NCBI GenBank assembly: GCA_937894115.1 | Contig: CALBFP010000001.1 | Location: forward strand, 14,245 to 78,244 | Source: an uncultured euryarchaeote | GTDB lineage: Archaea; Thermoplasmatota; Poseidoniia; Poseidoniales; Poseidoniaceae | Reading direction: 5' to 3' | DNA: 64,000 nt | Shown here: piece after piece, positions 9,446 through 19,368 of the stretch | Layout: every line of letters begins with the position of its first letter | Numbering within the stretch: position 1 is the stretch's first letter | Position numbers and translations under genes: made by a program | The notes under the pieces: generated by a model | Told to the model about the DNA's origin: nothing | Databases searched by the model: none | The model's input: the letters and a program-made list of their open reading frames with translations, nothing else

Positions 9446-10465
9446 TCACTTTTTCGAAAAATGTTCGATGTGAACCGCTTCTCGATTCGCTCCCGCTAAG
9501 GGATTGTTCGCAACCCATAGTCCACTCTTTCGAGCAGAAATGTGACCAGCAGTCACCTTCATCGCCAACATTGCTGCGGTAAACTGTGTCAGTGGGGAGT
9601 CCTTTTGCGCCCCAATTTCACAGATGTCTGAACTGACGACACAGGCGTTTGATGCTTCGAATAAGGTCTGGATGGTTTCGTACACTTGCCAGTATGTCAG
9701 GCCTCCGGGAACCGGTGTGCCTGTGGCAGGAACCAACGATCCATCCAAACCGTCAATGTCAATACTCAAGTGTACTGGACCTTCTAGGCGCGAAAGTGTT
9801 TCAAGCCAATCGGACCAAACACCATCGCCGTCGATTGTTGATTGCGTATCCTTGGCGTAAAAGGTCACAATTCGGGGGTCGTTTTTCATCCGTTGATGTT
9901 CTTCAGCAGAAAATGCACGAATGCCGACTTGAAGGAGTGAACCGATGCCTGCATCCAAAGCACGTGCAGCAACGCAGGCGTGCGAATACGCTTCACCGTC
10001 CAATTCATCTCGCAAATCACCGTGTGCATCAATTTGGACGATTGTTAAATTTGACAAATCCTTATCGACCATAGGATGGTTCCGCAACGCTTCAAGAATT
10101 GGCGGCAAAATACCGTGCTCTCCTCCTAAGCACAACGGGAAACAATTCCCGTTGAACCAGGGAGTAAGATAGCCTGTTATCGAATCCAATTGTTGCAACA
10201 GTGTGGGCTCTTCGCCGCACCATGCTGGGATGGTGCGTATGGAGAAACCAGCTGGAAGTTCTTCACCGAGTTGATCGTCATAGAGTTCAACTTGGGTGGA
10301 AGCTTCAATGCATGCTCTTGGCCCGTCGGCCGTTCCTTGGCCGTAGGAGGTTGTGAGTTCGTACGGCAATGGGAGGATCGCAACATCAACGTCACCGTCA
10401 TCTTCGACGAGACCAAGAAAAGTTGGCCTACTCTCGTCCTCCATGGTGGCGGCGTTCTCTATCAA
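9446..10465 (-). CDS. speB: Agmatinase / ureohydrolase (arginase family)
   Basis: D-A-H-G-D-L-R and S-I-D-I-D-G-L-D-G-S-L-V-P-A-T-G-T-P Mn-binding signatures. Confidence 0.85.
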   Translation of the reverse strand: MIENAATMEDESRPTFLGLVEDDGDVDVAILPLPYELTTSYGQGTADGPRACIEASTQVELYDDQLGEELPAGFSIRTIPAWCGEEPTLLQQLDSITGYLTPWFNGNCFPLCLGGEHGILPPILEALRNHPMVDKDLSNLTIVQIDAHGDLRDELDGEAYSHACVAARALDAGIGSLLQVGIRAFSAEEHQRMKNDPRIVTFYAKDTQSTIDGDGVWSDWLETLSRLEGPVHLSIDIDGLDGSLVPATGTPVPGGLTYWQVYETIQTLFEASNACVVSSDICEIGAQKDSPLTQFTAAMLAMKVTAGHISARKSGLWVANNPLAGANREAVHIEHFSKK

Positions 10466-10538
10466 CTTCTAAGGATTACCAAAATTAGAGGCTTAAATTA
10501 CCTCTGAATTGGAATTTAGAAAAAAAACAGCCGATGTG

Positions 10539-10566
10539 TTAATATACCTCGACGACCAATATAATA
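10539..10566 (+). promoter_or_regulatory. Putative divergent promoter region with TATA-like elements
   Basis: TTAATATA and AATATAAT lie in a 139-nt AT-rich spacer between agmatinase (minus strand) and the 10605 ORF (plus strand). A GGTGA Shine-Dalgarno-like element precedes the ATG. Confidence 0.3.
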
Positions 10567-10604
10567 CATTGTACCCGAGAAATGTCGGGGCGAGGTGATG
10601 AGAG

Positions 10605-11024
10605 ATGGGAATGACACTACAATCGTTAACGCAAGCAATTCAACAACATATCGATACAGAAATGGATGCAGAAGTAGCAGCAGGCATGGCAGAGCATGCA
10701 TTGGGATTCTTTGGTTTCTACAACAGGATCATTGACAATGCGCTTGAACCAACCGATCGAAACCTCTTCTACATGTTTCAAGATTACGATTTGCTGACCA
10801 CTGAATCCGAAGAGACAACGCTCTGGGACGGACGAGAATGGCGTATTCACTACTGGAAGTTCAAGCCCGACCTCAAGGAACGAGTCGAATCCTACATGCA
10901 ACGACAACGCAAACCAGAAGATATCGACCCTTTCGCTGACATTTACGGCACGGATGGTCAGTCCATCTGGACTCGTGAATCCGAAAAGGTTCAGAATCCG
11001 AACGCATTCACCAGCGATTGGTGA
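10605..11024 (+). CDS. Hypothetical acidic protein
   Basis: 139-aa ORF with a GGTGA Shine-Dalgarno-like element about 8 nt upstream. No motif recognised. Confidence 0.35.
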   Translation: MGMTLQSLTQAIQQHIDTEMDAEVAAGMAEHALGFFGFYNRIIDNALEPTDRNLFYMFQDYDLLTTESEETTLWDGREWRIHYWKFKPDLKERVESYMQRQRKPEDIDPFADIYGTDGQSIWTRESEKVQNPNAFTSDW

Positions 11025-11069
11025 GGCTGCGTAGCAAGCGTTTTTGTTTCACCACCGAGACGATGTTCC

Positions 11070-12434
11070 ATGCGTGGGGCGCTCGGTCTTGTCATCTGCC
11101 TTTCTCTGGCGAGTTTTTCGCCCTTTGTCGGCGCTGCAGCAAGCTCGGATGATGCATGGCCAGGAGAACCGATTGACAACCACGTTCACATGACGTGGGC
11201 AGCGTTGACCATGGAAGTCAACGAATGGGCAGATGACCATCCTGATATCGTCAAATTGCTTGATGTTGGTGATTCCGAACTCGGAAAGACGCTTTGGGTG
11301 GTTCAATTATCGGACTGGTCGATGGAGACAAAAGCCAACGGTAAGGCGAAAGAAATCGTTTACATCGATGGAGGCCATCACGGAAACGAATACCTTGGAA
11401 CGGCTCTTGCGTGGTTGTCCGCAAAATGGTACATCGATGGTTGGAACGATGGAAACCAAGAAGCAATCGACGCTCTTCAAAGCACTGAGATTCATGTTCT
11501 CATTATGCTCAATCCTGATGGGAACGACTTTGATACACGCTGGAACATCAATCAGGTTGATTTGAATCGAAATTACGACCACTATTGGAACACGTGTCCA
11601 ACCACGCAACCGGGAAGCGCAGCCTTCAGCGAGGCAGAGACTGCCGCCAATTCAGAATACATGAACACCGTAGTGCCTGATGCCGATCTTTACGTCACCA
11701 TGCACACCGGCGTCTGGATCATCCTGTATCCCTGGGGTAAATGGGCAAGTCAGCCTTCCGATTGGGAACTCTTCTGGGGAATCCGAGAAGAAGTGCATGC
11801 CAACATTTCTGACATTCCGATTCAAAATGCTAACCAAGGTTTGTACCCCAATTGTGGAACGAGCAGAGACTACGGTTACGGTGTTATGGGATTCCCTACG
11901 TTTACTTTTGAAACAGACGACGAACAATTCGTTCCAGGATCGGTTGAAGCACTCAACGAACGCTTGGCTGAAGAAATGGATGTTATGCGGTACCTAATCA
12001 CCAATGTATGGTATTGGCGTGCGCGTCTTGACGTGCAATCGATTCAAGTTTCGGACCAAGAGGTTACCATTGACGTGGACAACCTTGGACATGCATCAAC
12101 ATCCAACGCCAGCCTCCAGTACGTCGATTCCAGTGGTCAGGTAACGTGGACCTCTTCGTTGTTTTCGGTAAACGCAAGCAACTCGACTGTCGCAGTACTG
12201 GATGCCTCCAATCTCACCATGTCCAATTCAGGATCGTGGCAATTGTACTACCAAAAGCGTGTGATTGATGCATCGCAATGGGTCACTGAAACCCTTGAAT
12301 TGAACGCAACTTTGGTCGATGACGAAAGCGGTTCAAATTTCCTCATTGGCTATGGCTTGTTCAATCCAACAACGATTCTTGCGGGATTGGCTGTCGTCGC
12401 ATTACTGCGAAAAGAGCAGGAAAATGTGCTTTGA
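11070..12434 (+). CDS. Secreted M14-family zinc carboxypeptidase with C-terminal TM anchor
   Basis: Signal-like N-terminus. G-G-H-H-G-N-E zinc ligands, N-P-D-G, D-L-N-R-N-Y. C-terminal P-T-T-I-L-A-G-L-A-V-V-A-L-L-R-K. Confidence 0.8.
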   Translation: MRGALGLVICLSLASFSPFVGAAASSDDAWPGEPIDNHVHMTWAALTMEVNEWADDHPDIVKLLDVGDSELGKTLWVVQLSDWSMETKANGKAKEIVYIDGGHHGNEYLGTALAWLSAKWYIDGWNDGNQEAIDALQSTEIHVLIMLNPDGNDFDTRWNINQVDLNRNYDHYWNTCPTTQPGSAAFSEAETAANSEYMNTVVPDADLYVTMHTGVWIILYPWGKWASQPSDWELFWGIREEVHANISDIPIQNANQGLYPNCGTSRDYGYGVMGFPTFTFETDDEQFVPGSVEALNERLAEEMDVMRYLITNVWYWRARLDVQSIQVSDQEVTIDVDNLGHASTSNASLQYVDSSGQVTWTSSLFSVNASNSTVAVLDASNLTMSNSGSWQLYYQKRVIDASQWVTETLELNATLVDDESGSNFLIGYGLFNPTTILAGLAVVALLRKEQENVL

Positions 12435-12488
12435 TTTGCTGAAAAGTATTCGCAAGGTTTCAAGTGCCTCAAGGGGTTGGGTCGGTCC

Positions 12489-13988
12489 ATGCAAATTAGC
12501 GTAAGTCCGAGTCACAACATCGATGGAACACTTATTCTTCCCCTGCTCGAGGGAACAGAAATCGTGCCCGAAGCTCATGCAACAGGCTTGCATATAGCGT
12601 TAAAATCACAGATCAACAGAGTTCTTGCAGACGGTGACTTCAAAGGAAAAGCAAAGTCGACAATGACGCTTGTAGGAGGCGAGGGTGGAAAAGCCATGCT
12701 CGTTGGCCTTGGTAAGGAAGAGGATGCTGACACACACGCTTACAGGAAAGCTGGAGCGGCTGTTGTTGCAGCCAGAAAGAAGACGCACGGAAGCGACCTT
12801 ACCGTTCGTTTTGCTGGAACAAGCATCGAGTGCATGGGTGCGTTTGCTGAAGGGATGCTGCTTCGAGACTACTCCTATGACGAATACAAAATGCAAAAGG
12901 AAGAGGATAAGGAAGTCGAGCGAAACGTGCGAATCACTTGTGACGAAGGCCAGGAGGAAGCCTTGGAAGCGCTGGTAAAGGTTTACGCAGGCGTTGCCTC
13001 GGGTGTTCATCTTTCTCGAGATCTCGGCAACTGCCCACCCAACGATATGTATCCTGAGGCGTACTCCGATATGGCTTGGGAATGGGCAAAGCAATACGAG
13101 AACGTCGATGTAACCATCATCAACTACGAACATGCCATGAAGGCAGGTATGGGGGGTCTCGTTGCAGTCGGAATGGGTTCTTCTCGCAAACCGTGCATGG
13201 TCATTTTCGAAATGAACAAGGAAAAAGAAGGACGTTGCCCCATGCTGGTTGGTAAAGGAATCACCTTCGATACCGGTGGTATCTCGCTCAAACCCGGTGC
13301 GAACATGGATGAGATGAAGTACGACATGGGCGGTTCAGCAACCGTTTTCGGAACCATGCAAGCACTCGCAGCAACAGGTTACGGTGGAAAGGTCGTCGCA
13401 ATCGCATGTATGGCAGAAAACATGCCGGCTGCCAATGCCCAACGCCCTGGCGACGTTATTACAACACTCTCCAAAAAGACCATTGAAGTTCTCAATACGG
13501 ATGCTGAGGGCCGACTGGTCCTTGCCGATGGACTTTGGAAGGCAGGAGAATTCGATCCTGAATACATTGTCGACTTTGCTACACTTACAGGTGCTTGCGT
13601 CGTTGCTCTTGGACATGAAGCGACCGGTTTGTGGTCCAACGATGACGACTTCAGAACCAGAATTCACGAGGCAGGTAATGCAGTTGGCGAATTGGCTTGG
13701 CCGATGCCGCTCCTTCCTGCATTTGAAAAAGAAATGACCGATTCAAAGATTGCCGACACGCGCAATCTTGGTGCTGGACGGTACGGTGGAGCCAACACTG
13801 CAGCTGCTTTCCTGAAGCAATTCGTTCCAAATCGAAATTACGAAGAAGACGGTGAACAAATCACTTGGGCGCACATGGACATTGCCGGGACCTACTGGGG
13901 TGCGAAGTCCAATACCATGGTCGGTAATGGAGCAACTGGAATCCACGTCCGCACCATGTACCACCTCATCACCAATGGGAACAACTGA
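12489..13988 (+). CDS. pepA: Leucyl aminopeptidase (M17)
   Basis: N-T-D-A-E-G-R-L M17 signature and G-K-G-I-T-F-D-T-G-G-I-S-L-K-P. The track ORF begins at a TTG; the first ATG is at 12489. Confidence 0.9.
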   Translation: MQISVSPSHNIDGTLILPLLEGTEIVPEAHATGLHIALKSQINRVLADGDFKGKAKSTMTLVGGEGGKAMLVGLGKEEDADTHAYRKAGAAVVAARKKTHGSDLTVRFAGTSIECMGAFAEGMLLRDYSYDEYKMQKEEDKEVERNVRITCDEGQEEALEALVKVYAGVASGVHLSRDLGNCPPNDMYPEAYSDMAWEWAKQYENVDVTIINYEHAMKAGMGGLVAVGMGSSRKPCMVIFEMNKEKEGRCPMLVGKGITFDTGGISLKPGANMDEMKYDMGGSATVFGTMQALAATGYGGKVVAIACMAENMPAANAQRPGDVITTLSKKTIEVLNTDAEGRLVLADGLWKAGEFDPEYIVDFATLTGACVVALGHEATGLWSNDDDFRTRIHEAGNAVGELAWPMPLLPAFEKEMTDSKIADTRNLGAGRYGGANTAAAFLKQFVPNRNYEEDGEQITWAHMDIAGTYWGAKSNTMVGNGATGIHVRTMYHLITNGNN

Positions 13989-13998
13989 ATGTGATGGC

Positions 13999-14736
13999 AT
14001 GCGGCAGACTCTTCTCTCGGTAGGAGTTGTCTGTTGTCTCTTCTTTTCAGGATGTCTTGGATTTGCAACCGATGAAGAAGACTCGATGCGCTTGGATGTT
14101 GTTGTGAACGAAGAATTGCTCGTTTTGGAAACCGTTTATGAGGAAGGTGAATGGATTTCCTCAACGATTGTTACGTTTGAATTTGATTTTTCTGGTTCAA
14201 CCTCTGATGTTGCAATGCAGACGTTTGGACTGTCGATGGACGATGGACGGGAGGTAAGTGTTGAGGCCAACGTTCAACAACACATCTCCATCGATGTTGA
14301 ACATCATGGGATGTACACTGTTTCCCTGTATGCAGTCGATTCGAGTGGAACCAACGTCTCACAGGACATGCAGATCGTTGTTGAGCACCTCATTCACTGG
14401 ACTGAAAGCGATACGGGAAATCCTCAATCGCTGTATTTTGATGCAACTCCCGGTAATGAAGGCCCTGCACCGTTGTATGTTCTTCTCAATTCAACGGTAA
14501 GCAATCCCTCCCCTCTGCTGGAGGTCAATGGAAGAGATGTTGATGTTGAGTGGGGAGTCCTCAATGCCGACGGTAAATGCATGGGGCACAGAGAACTCAT
14601 CGAAAACGGTGATTCATACACTTGGAAGACGCTTCATTTTGCCCCCATTGAAATGCATGAAGTGGAACTCACAATTCACGAAGGGCAGGATTCTGTTAAC
14701 GTCGATCACAGGATTGAATTACGCTACACAGAATAA
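13999..14736 (+). CDS. Secreted lipoprotein-like hypothetical protein
   Basis: M-R-Q-T-L-L-S-V-G-V-V-C-C-L-F-F-S-G-C-L-G lipobox-like signal, followed by an acidic domain. The start is placed after the pepA stop. Confidence 0.5.
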   Translation: MRQTLLSVGVVCCLFFSGCLGFATDEEDSMRLDVVVNEELLVLETVYEEGEWISSTIVTFEFDFSGSTSDVAMQTFGLSMDDGREVSVEANVQQHISIDVEHHGMYTVSLYAVDSSGTNVSQDMQIVVEHLIHWTESDTGNPQSLYFDATPGNEGPAPLYVLLNSTVSNPSPLLEVNGRDVDVEWGVLNADGKCMGHRELIENGDSYTWKTLHFAPIEMHEVELTIHEGQDSVNVDHRIELRYTE

Positions 14737-14826
14737 GCTCAGAGCCTGAAACCAGAACCCTTGGTTGAACAATGACCCGAGAAAGACTTTGTATTGTCGT
14801 TCTTATCGTTTGAATTAGGTGAGATT

Positions 14827-15288
14827 ATGATTACCGCTGCAGATGTTGAAGATGCACAACGAGAATGGGGCGAGGGAATTGTTCGAATTGCAGCAGCATA
14901 CGAGCGTGGTGATGATTACACCGCCATTGCCACAAAGCATGTTGAACAGCTCTACGCGTACGATTTGAGCGAAGTTCTGTTCAAACCAACCATGGCTTCC
15001 AAGGAACAATTCCGTCCAACGTTTGAAGGCGCCTTGTCCTACTTTGTTGCATCAAATAATGCATGCAAAGAAGACACTGGATTTGCAATCAAGGGATGGA
15101 CGTCTGTAGAATTTGAAAACTCAGGTATCATCGTCAACAAGATCAATGCCATTGCGATGGGCAACTACTTCTTTACGGGCTCAGACGGCAGCAAAACCAA
15201 GGTTGAGTATACCTTTGGATACATTCGTGACGATGCAGGTAAGCTGCGCATCGTTTTGCATCACTCATCACTTCCAGCTGCTTTGTAA
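14827..15288 (+). CDS. NTF2-like / SnoaL-like (DUF4440-type) small protein
   Basis: Pattern D-V-E-D-A-Q-R-E-W-G-E-G...Y-A-Y-D-L-S-E-V-L-F-K-P...G-K-L-R-I-V-L-H-H-S-S is typical of the NTF2 fold. First ATG of the ORF. Confidence 0.45.
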   Translation: MITAADVEDAQREWGEGIVRIAAAYERGDDYTAIATKHVEQLYAYDLSEVLFKPTMASKEQFRPTFEGALSYFVASNNACKEDTGFAIKGWTSVEFENSGIIVNKINAIAMGNYFFTGSDGSKTKVEYTFGYIRDDAGKLRIVLHHSSLPAAL

Positions 15289-15369
15289 AAAGAATCCTTC
15301 CAACCACTCGTGTCTGATGATTGCATCTTTTTCATATCGCAAGGTTCAACACCTCAGAAACGTTCAATC

Positions 15370-16587
15370 TTACCACCAACCCATTACAAATCCGAATAAC
15401 ATAATCCAGAATGTCACAGGAATTGCATATGTTGCACCAAGAGCCTGTGTGTGTTTACTTTGAAGATGGTACCTTATCGGAACAATGACAGCAACCATGA
15501 ATATGGGTAGGAAAAAATCTTCCACTTCAGAGAATATTTCGGTGATTGCTACTAGATATGCCATAAATCCGTAACCGATGGAGTAGGCGATGTGAATTCC
15601 AAATCCTTTCAAAAACTCAAGACGATACACGCCAATGCCAATCAAAAGACCAACAATCGGTATGGTGAACCCGAGGCACAATGCATCATCGTCACCTCCA
15701 CCCATCACGGAGATGACTGTAATGAAATGGTACAACAATGGTAAGTAAAACAAAGCGAACACTCCATAATTGACTGCCTCTTCAGGCATAATCGACGTTT
15801 CATTCAAAATTATACTCGTACCCGGTTGGTTCAAATCGGAAATGATTGTTTCCTCTCGAGAATAAATGTTTTCTGGAAGTGTTATAATTTTCGGATCGAG
15901 TATCAAACAAGCAATTCCGACCAACCAAAATCCAAAACAATCGAGGATAACATTGTGTTCCAAATTCCCATCATACCAGTTTGATAGTTGATGATTGATG
16001 TACAAAAGATGTGCAGCCATGATGAGGAAGTATCCTCCGCAAAACAACGTTACCTTTCGGAAAAAATCATCCCCTTTGTGCCGATTTATCCCACAAAACA
16101 CAAGTGTGCCAATCAATACAAGCGGCATCAACTCGCGCATCACATAGAGAATGAATACCGCCCCTGATGGACCAGCGAGATCACCCCAAATTGAAATCCT
16201 GTTGAACAAATCTAATATCTCAACAAAACCCGATCCGCCTTCCCATACAAAATCGTTGTACCAGATATAATCCACCAGATTGGCATTATCAACCTCATTC
16301 CAGCCGATCCAACCATGATTATCTTGAAAATAGGGCCGATCTATAATCCACCTAAACCAGAAATTATACCCCCAATTGAAAAACATTGAAACGAAAACAA
16401 CGATCGATGCCAATTGAATTCTTCTTGTCTGTTCTGGCGTTGATACGGTTGTGTTTTGAATGCCGGGGACACTGGCTGAATGGGTTGATGAATCAACATC
16501 GAGAGTTTTTTCATTTTCCGGTGTATTAATCACGACGGCTTTTGGTTTCACCGGCCCTTGTTCTGTGATATCCTCGTCGCTCTGCAC
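15370..16587 (-). CDS. Hypothetical polytopic membrane protein
   Basis: 405 aa with about 9 hydrophobic helices. Starts at GTG. No motif. Confidence 0.5.
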   Translation of the reverse strand: MQSDEDITEQGPVKPKAVVINTPENEKTLDVDSSTHSASVPGIQNTTVSTPEQTRRIQLASIVVFVSMFFNWGYNFWFRWIIDRPYFQDNHGWIGWNEVDNANLVDYIWYNDFVWEGGSGFVEILDLFNRISIWGDLAGPSGAVFILYVMRELMPLVLIGTLVFCGINRHKGDDFFRKVTLFCGGYFLIMAAHLLYINHQLSNWYDGNLEHNVILDCFGFWLVGIACLILDPKIITLPENIYSREETIISDLNQPGTSIILNETSIMPEEAVNYGVFALFYLPLLYHFITVISVMGGGDDDALCLGFTIPIVGLLIGIGVYRLEFLKGFGIHIAYSIGYGFMAYLVAITEIFSEVEDFFLPIFMVAVIVPIRYHLQSKHTQALGATYAIPVTFWIMLFGFVMGWW

Positions 16588-16729
16588 AATGCCTACTTAA
16601 CAACTCACAAAATAAATTCATACCCTGCATTCGTAATTGAATTGGTTTATCCAATGCATGGAAAGTCAGGTTCATATACCACACCGCACTCGGAACTATG
16701 TAACCTAAGGTTAAGTAGTGGTGAAATCG

Positions 16730-17428
16730 ATGACACGTGACGATTGGGAAGAGAAAATGTTGGATCAACTCGAACGTCTTCTTTCCAACATGGGCATGAA
16801 CATGTCAAGAGAACAACTGCGCACTCTTCTAAAGCAATTCAGAGCGCAATTCGAGAAGATGGGGCTCGATGAAGAACGCATCGCAAAAGGTGACGTCAAT
16901 TTCAATTTCGATTTGAGTAATCTCCAGAATTTCTTCCAACCAGGAATGGACTTCAACGAGTTGTTCAAGAACATGGGCGTGGATGTTCGCGTCGATGCAG
17001 CCCCCGTCGAAATAGAAACACCTGAAGGAGAGGACGACAACATGGTCCTTCCCGCAGACGACATTTATCTCGAAGGATGGAACATGACCGTAACGGTTGA
17101 CTTTGCAAAGAAAGGTGAACTGCAGCAGGACCAGATGGAATTGAATCTCATCGATGGAGGGACCCTTGTTGAGGTCCACCGAACAACGCAACTTGCACCC
17201 GTTGCACGCATCGAGCTTCCACATGCTTGCGAGGACGTCGTTGATTTTACACTCAACAATGGAATCCTCGACATTACCTTGCGGTTGGTCCCCCCTGAGG
17301 ATGCCTTTGCCGCTTTACCACCATCGGATGATGGTGACGATAACATTCCCCTGACCGGTGACGTAACCATCGACCTATCGGATGATGATGACGACGACGA
17401 CGATGACGGAGGAATACCAATTCTATGA
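16730..17428 (+). CDS. Hsp20/alpha-crystallin-like small heat-shock protein with poly-Asp C-terminal tail
   Basis: D-D-I-Y-L-E-G-W-N-M-T-V-T-V-D-F...N-N-G-I-L-D-I-T-L-R-L-V resembles the ACD core ending N-G-V-L-x-I-T-L-P-K. Ends D-D-D-D-D-D-D-D-G-G-I-P-I-L. Lies immediately upstream of dnaK. Confidence 0.5.
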   Translation: MTRDDWEEKMLDQLERLLSNMGMNMSREQLRTLLKQFRAQFEKMGLDEERIAKGDVNFNFDLSNLQNFFQPGMDFNELFKNMGVDVRVDAAPVEIETPEGEDDNMVLPADDIYLEGWNMTVTVDFAKKGELQQDQMELNLIDGGTLVEVHRTTQLAPVARIELPHACEDVVDFTLNNGILDITLRLVPPEDAFAALPPSDDGDDNIPLTGDVTIDLSDDDDDDDDDGGIPIL

Positions 17429-17443
17429 AAGGAGATGAAATGA

Positions 17444-19330
17444 ATGAGTAAAGTAATCGGGATTGATTTAGGAACAACAAACAGCTGTGTGGCCACCATC
17501 GAAAACGGTGAACCCGTTGTCATTGCAAATGCAGAGGGTGCACGAACAACGCCCTCCGTCGTTGCGTTCAACAAAGACGGGGAACGTTTGATTGGTATCA
17601 CCGCAAAGCGACAAGCAGTTACAAACCCAGAGCGCACCATGATCTCTGTAAAGCGTCACATGGGAAGCGATTGGAAAACCGACATCGACGGCACAACGTA
17701 CACGCCACAAGAAATCTCTGCGTTCATTTTGCAAAAGCTGAAAGCGGATGCTGAGGCTTATCTCGGGCACGAAGTAAAGCAAGCGGTCATCACCTGTCCG
17801 GCTTACTTCACCGACGCCCAGCGAAAGGCAACCAAGGATGCCGGACGAATTGCAGGAATGGATGTCCTACGAATCATCAACGAGCCAACCGCTGCTGCAC
17901 TGGCCTACGGTGCGGACAAGGGCGATGATCAAACGATTCTCGTCTACGACCTCGGTGGCGGAACCTTCGACGTCTCAATTCTTGAAATCTACAACGTCGA
18001 CGGTCAACCACAAATCGAGGTTAAAGCCACAGCAGGAAACAACAAACTCGGAGGAGACGATTTTGATGAGCGTATTATCGAATGGCTTGTCAGTGAGTTT
18101 AAGCGAGAAACTGGAATCGATTTGTCCAAAGACAACCAGGCCATGAGTCGACTCAAAGAAGCTGCGGAAAAGGCAAAAATTGAATTGTCTGGAACACAAT
18201 CTTCGCAAATCAATCTGCCTTTCATCACCATGAAAGACGGAAACCCAGAGCACCTTGACATTACCTTGTCAAGAGCACGGTTTGAGGATCTCATAGCGAA
18301 GCACATCGAAGATACGATGGCCCCCACACGACAAGCCATGAAAGACGCTGGAGTCAAGAAAGGCGACGTCGACAAGGTCATTTTGGTTGGTGGATCTACT
18401 CGCGTACCTGCCGTCCAAATCGCCATCGAGAAGGAGGCCGGAAAAGCACCCTACAAGGGCATTAACCCTGACGAAGCGGTCGCCATGGGCGCTGCACTTC
18501 AAGCCGGTATCATCGCTGGCGATGACGAAGTCTCAGACATCCTGCTTCTCGATGTAACACCTCTGACGCTTGGAATCGAAACACTCGGTGGCGTGACCAC
18601 GACCATGATTGAGCGCAACACTACAATTCCAGCGCGACGCAGTGAAATCTTCTCCACGGCCAGTGACAGTCAACCTGCTGTTGAGATTCACGTCTTGCAG
18701 GGAGAGCGCGAATTCGCCAAAGACAACGTCACACTTGGACAATTCCATCTTACCGACATCCCACCAGCACCACGCGGCATTCCTCAAATTGAGGTAACCT
18801 TTGATATCGACGCCAACGGGATTGTCAACGTTAGTGCCAAGGATATGGGGACGGGCAAGGAGCAATCGATCAAGATTGAGTCTCAAACGTCTCTCTCGGA
18901 GGAAGAAATCCAAGCCAAGATTGTCGAAGCCGAATCCTTTGCCGAAGAGGACAAGCGTCGAAAAGCCAAGATCGAGCTCAGAAATATGGCGGATCAAATC
19001 GTCTACCAAACCCGCAGAACCATCGATGAAAACGAGGACAAACTCGATGCATCAGACCTCGAACCAGTACGTGAGAAACTCAGCGAACTTGAAGCACTGG
19101 TCCAAGATGGCGATGGAAAGCCAATCGATGACGAAGCCATGGACGAGGCTGCCATACAAGCTAAGGTCAAGGAAGTTGAAGAATCGATGCACGCAATTTC
19201 ATCAAAACTCTACGAAGCCGCTGCTGCTGAAATGGCAGAAGCGGAAAACAAAGAAGGCGATGGCGACATCAACGTCGAAAGCGATGATGTTGTCGATGCT
19301 GACTTCGAAGTTGTCGATGAAGAAGACTGA
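17444..19330 (+). CDS. dnaK: Molecular chaperone DnaK (Hsp70)
   Basis: [23 protein letters not shown], and full-length 628 aa. GGAG Shine-Dalgarno element 9 nt upstream. Confidence 0.97.
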   Translation: MSKVIGIDLGTTNSCVATIENGEPVVIANAEGARTTPSVVAFNKDGERLIGITAKRQAVTNPERTMISVKRHMGSDWKTDIDGTTYTPQEISAFILQKLKADAEAYLGHEVKQAVITCPAYFTDAQRKATKDAGRIAGMDVLRIINEPTAAALAYGADKGDDQTILVYDLGGGTFDVSILEIYNVDGQPQIEVKATAGNNKLGGDDFDERIIEWLVSEFKRETGIDLSKDNQAMSRLKEAAEKAKIELSGTQSSQINLPFITMKDGNPEHLDITLSRARFEDLIAKHIEDTMAPTRQAMKDAGVKKGDVDKVILVGGSTRVPAVQIAIEKEAGKAPYKGINPDEAVAMGAALQAGIIAGDDEVSDILLLDVTPLTLGIETLGGVTTTMIERNTTIPARRSEIFSTASDSQPAVEIHVLQGEREFAKDNVTLGQFHLTDIPPAPRGIPQIEVTFDIDANGIVNVSAKDMGTGKEQSIKIESQTSLSEEEIQAKIVEAESFAEEDKRRKAKIELRNMADQIVYQTRRTIDENEDKLDASDLEPVREKLSELEALVQDGDGKPIDDEAMDEAAIQAKVKEVEESMHAISSKLYEAAAAEMAEAENKEGDGDINVESDDVVDADFEVVDEED

Positions 19331-19368
19331 AACATCGCACTTATGTGCAAGGCACCGTTGGTGTGGCC

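Noticed and set aside
12606-13133. 175-aa minus-strand ORF
   Set aside because: It is antisense to pepA, which has an unambiguous M17 signature. Spurious.
17380-17410. GAT/GAC trinucleotide run
   Set aside because: It is a coding poly-Asp tail of the sHsp-like protein, not a CRISPR or microsatellite feature.
17065-17640. 191-aa minus-strand ORF, Ser-rich
   Set aside because: It is antisense to the sHsp-like gene and the dnaK start. The poly-Ser stretch is the reverse complement of the poly-Asp codon run.
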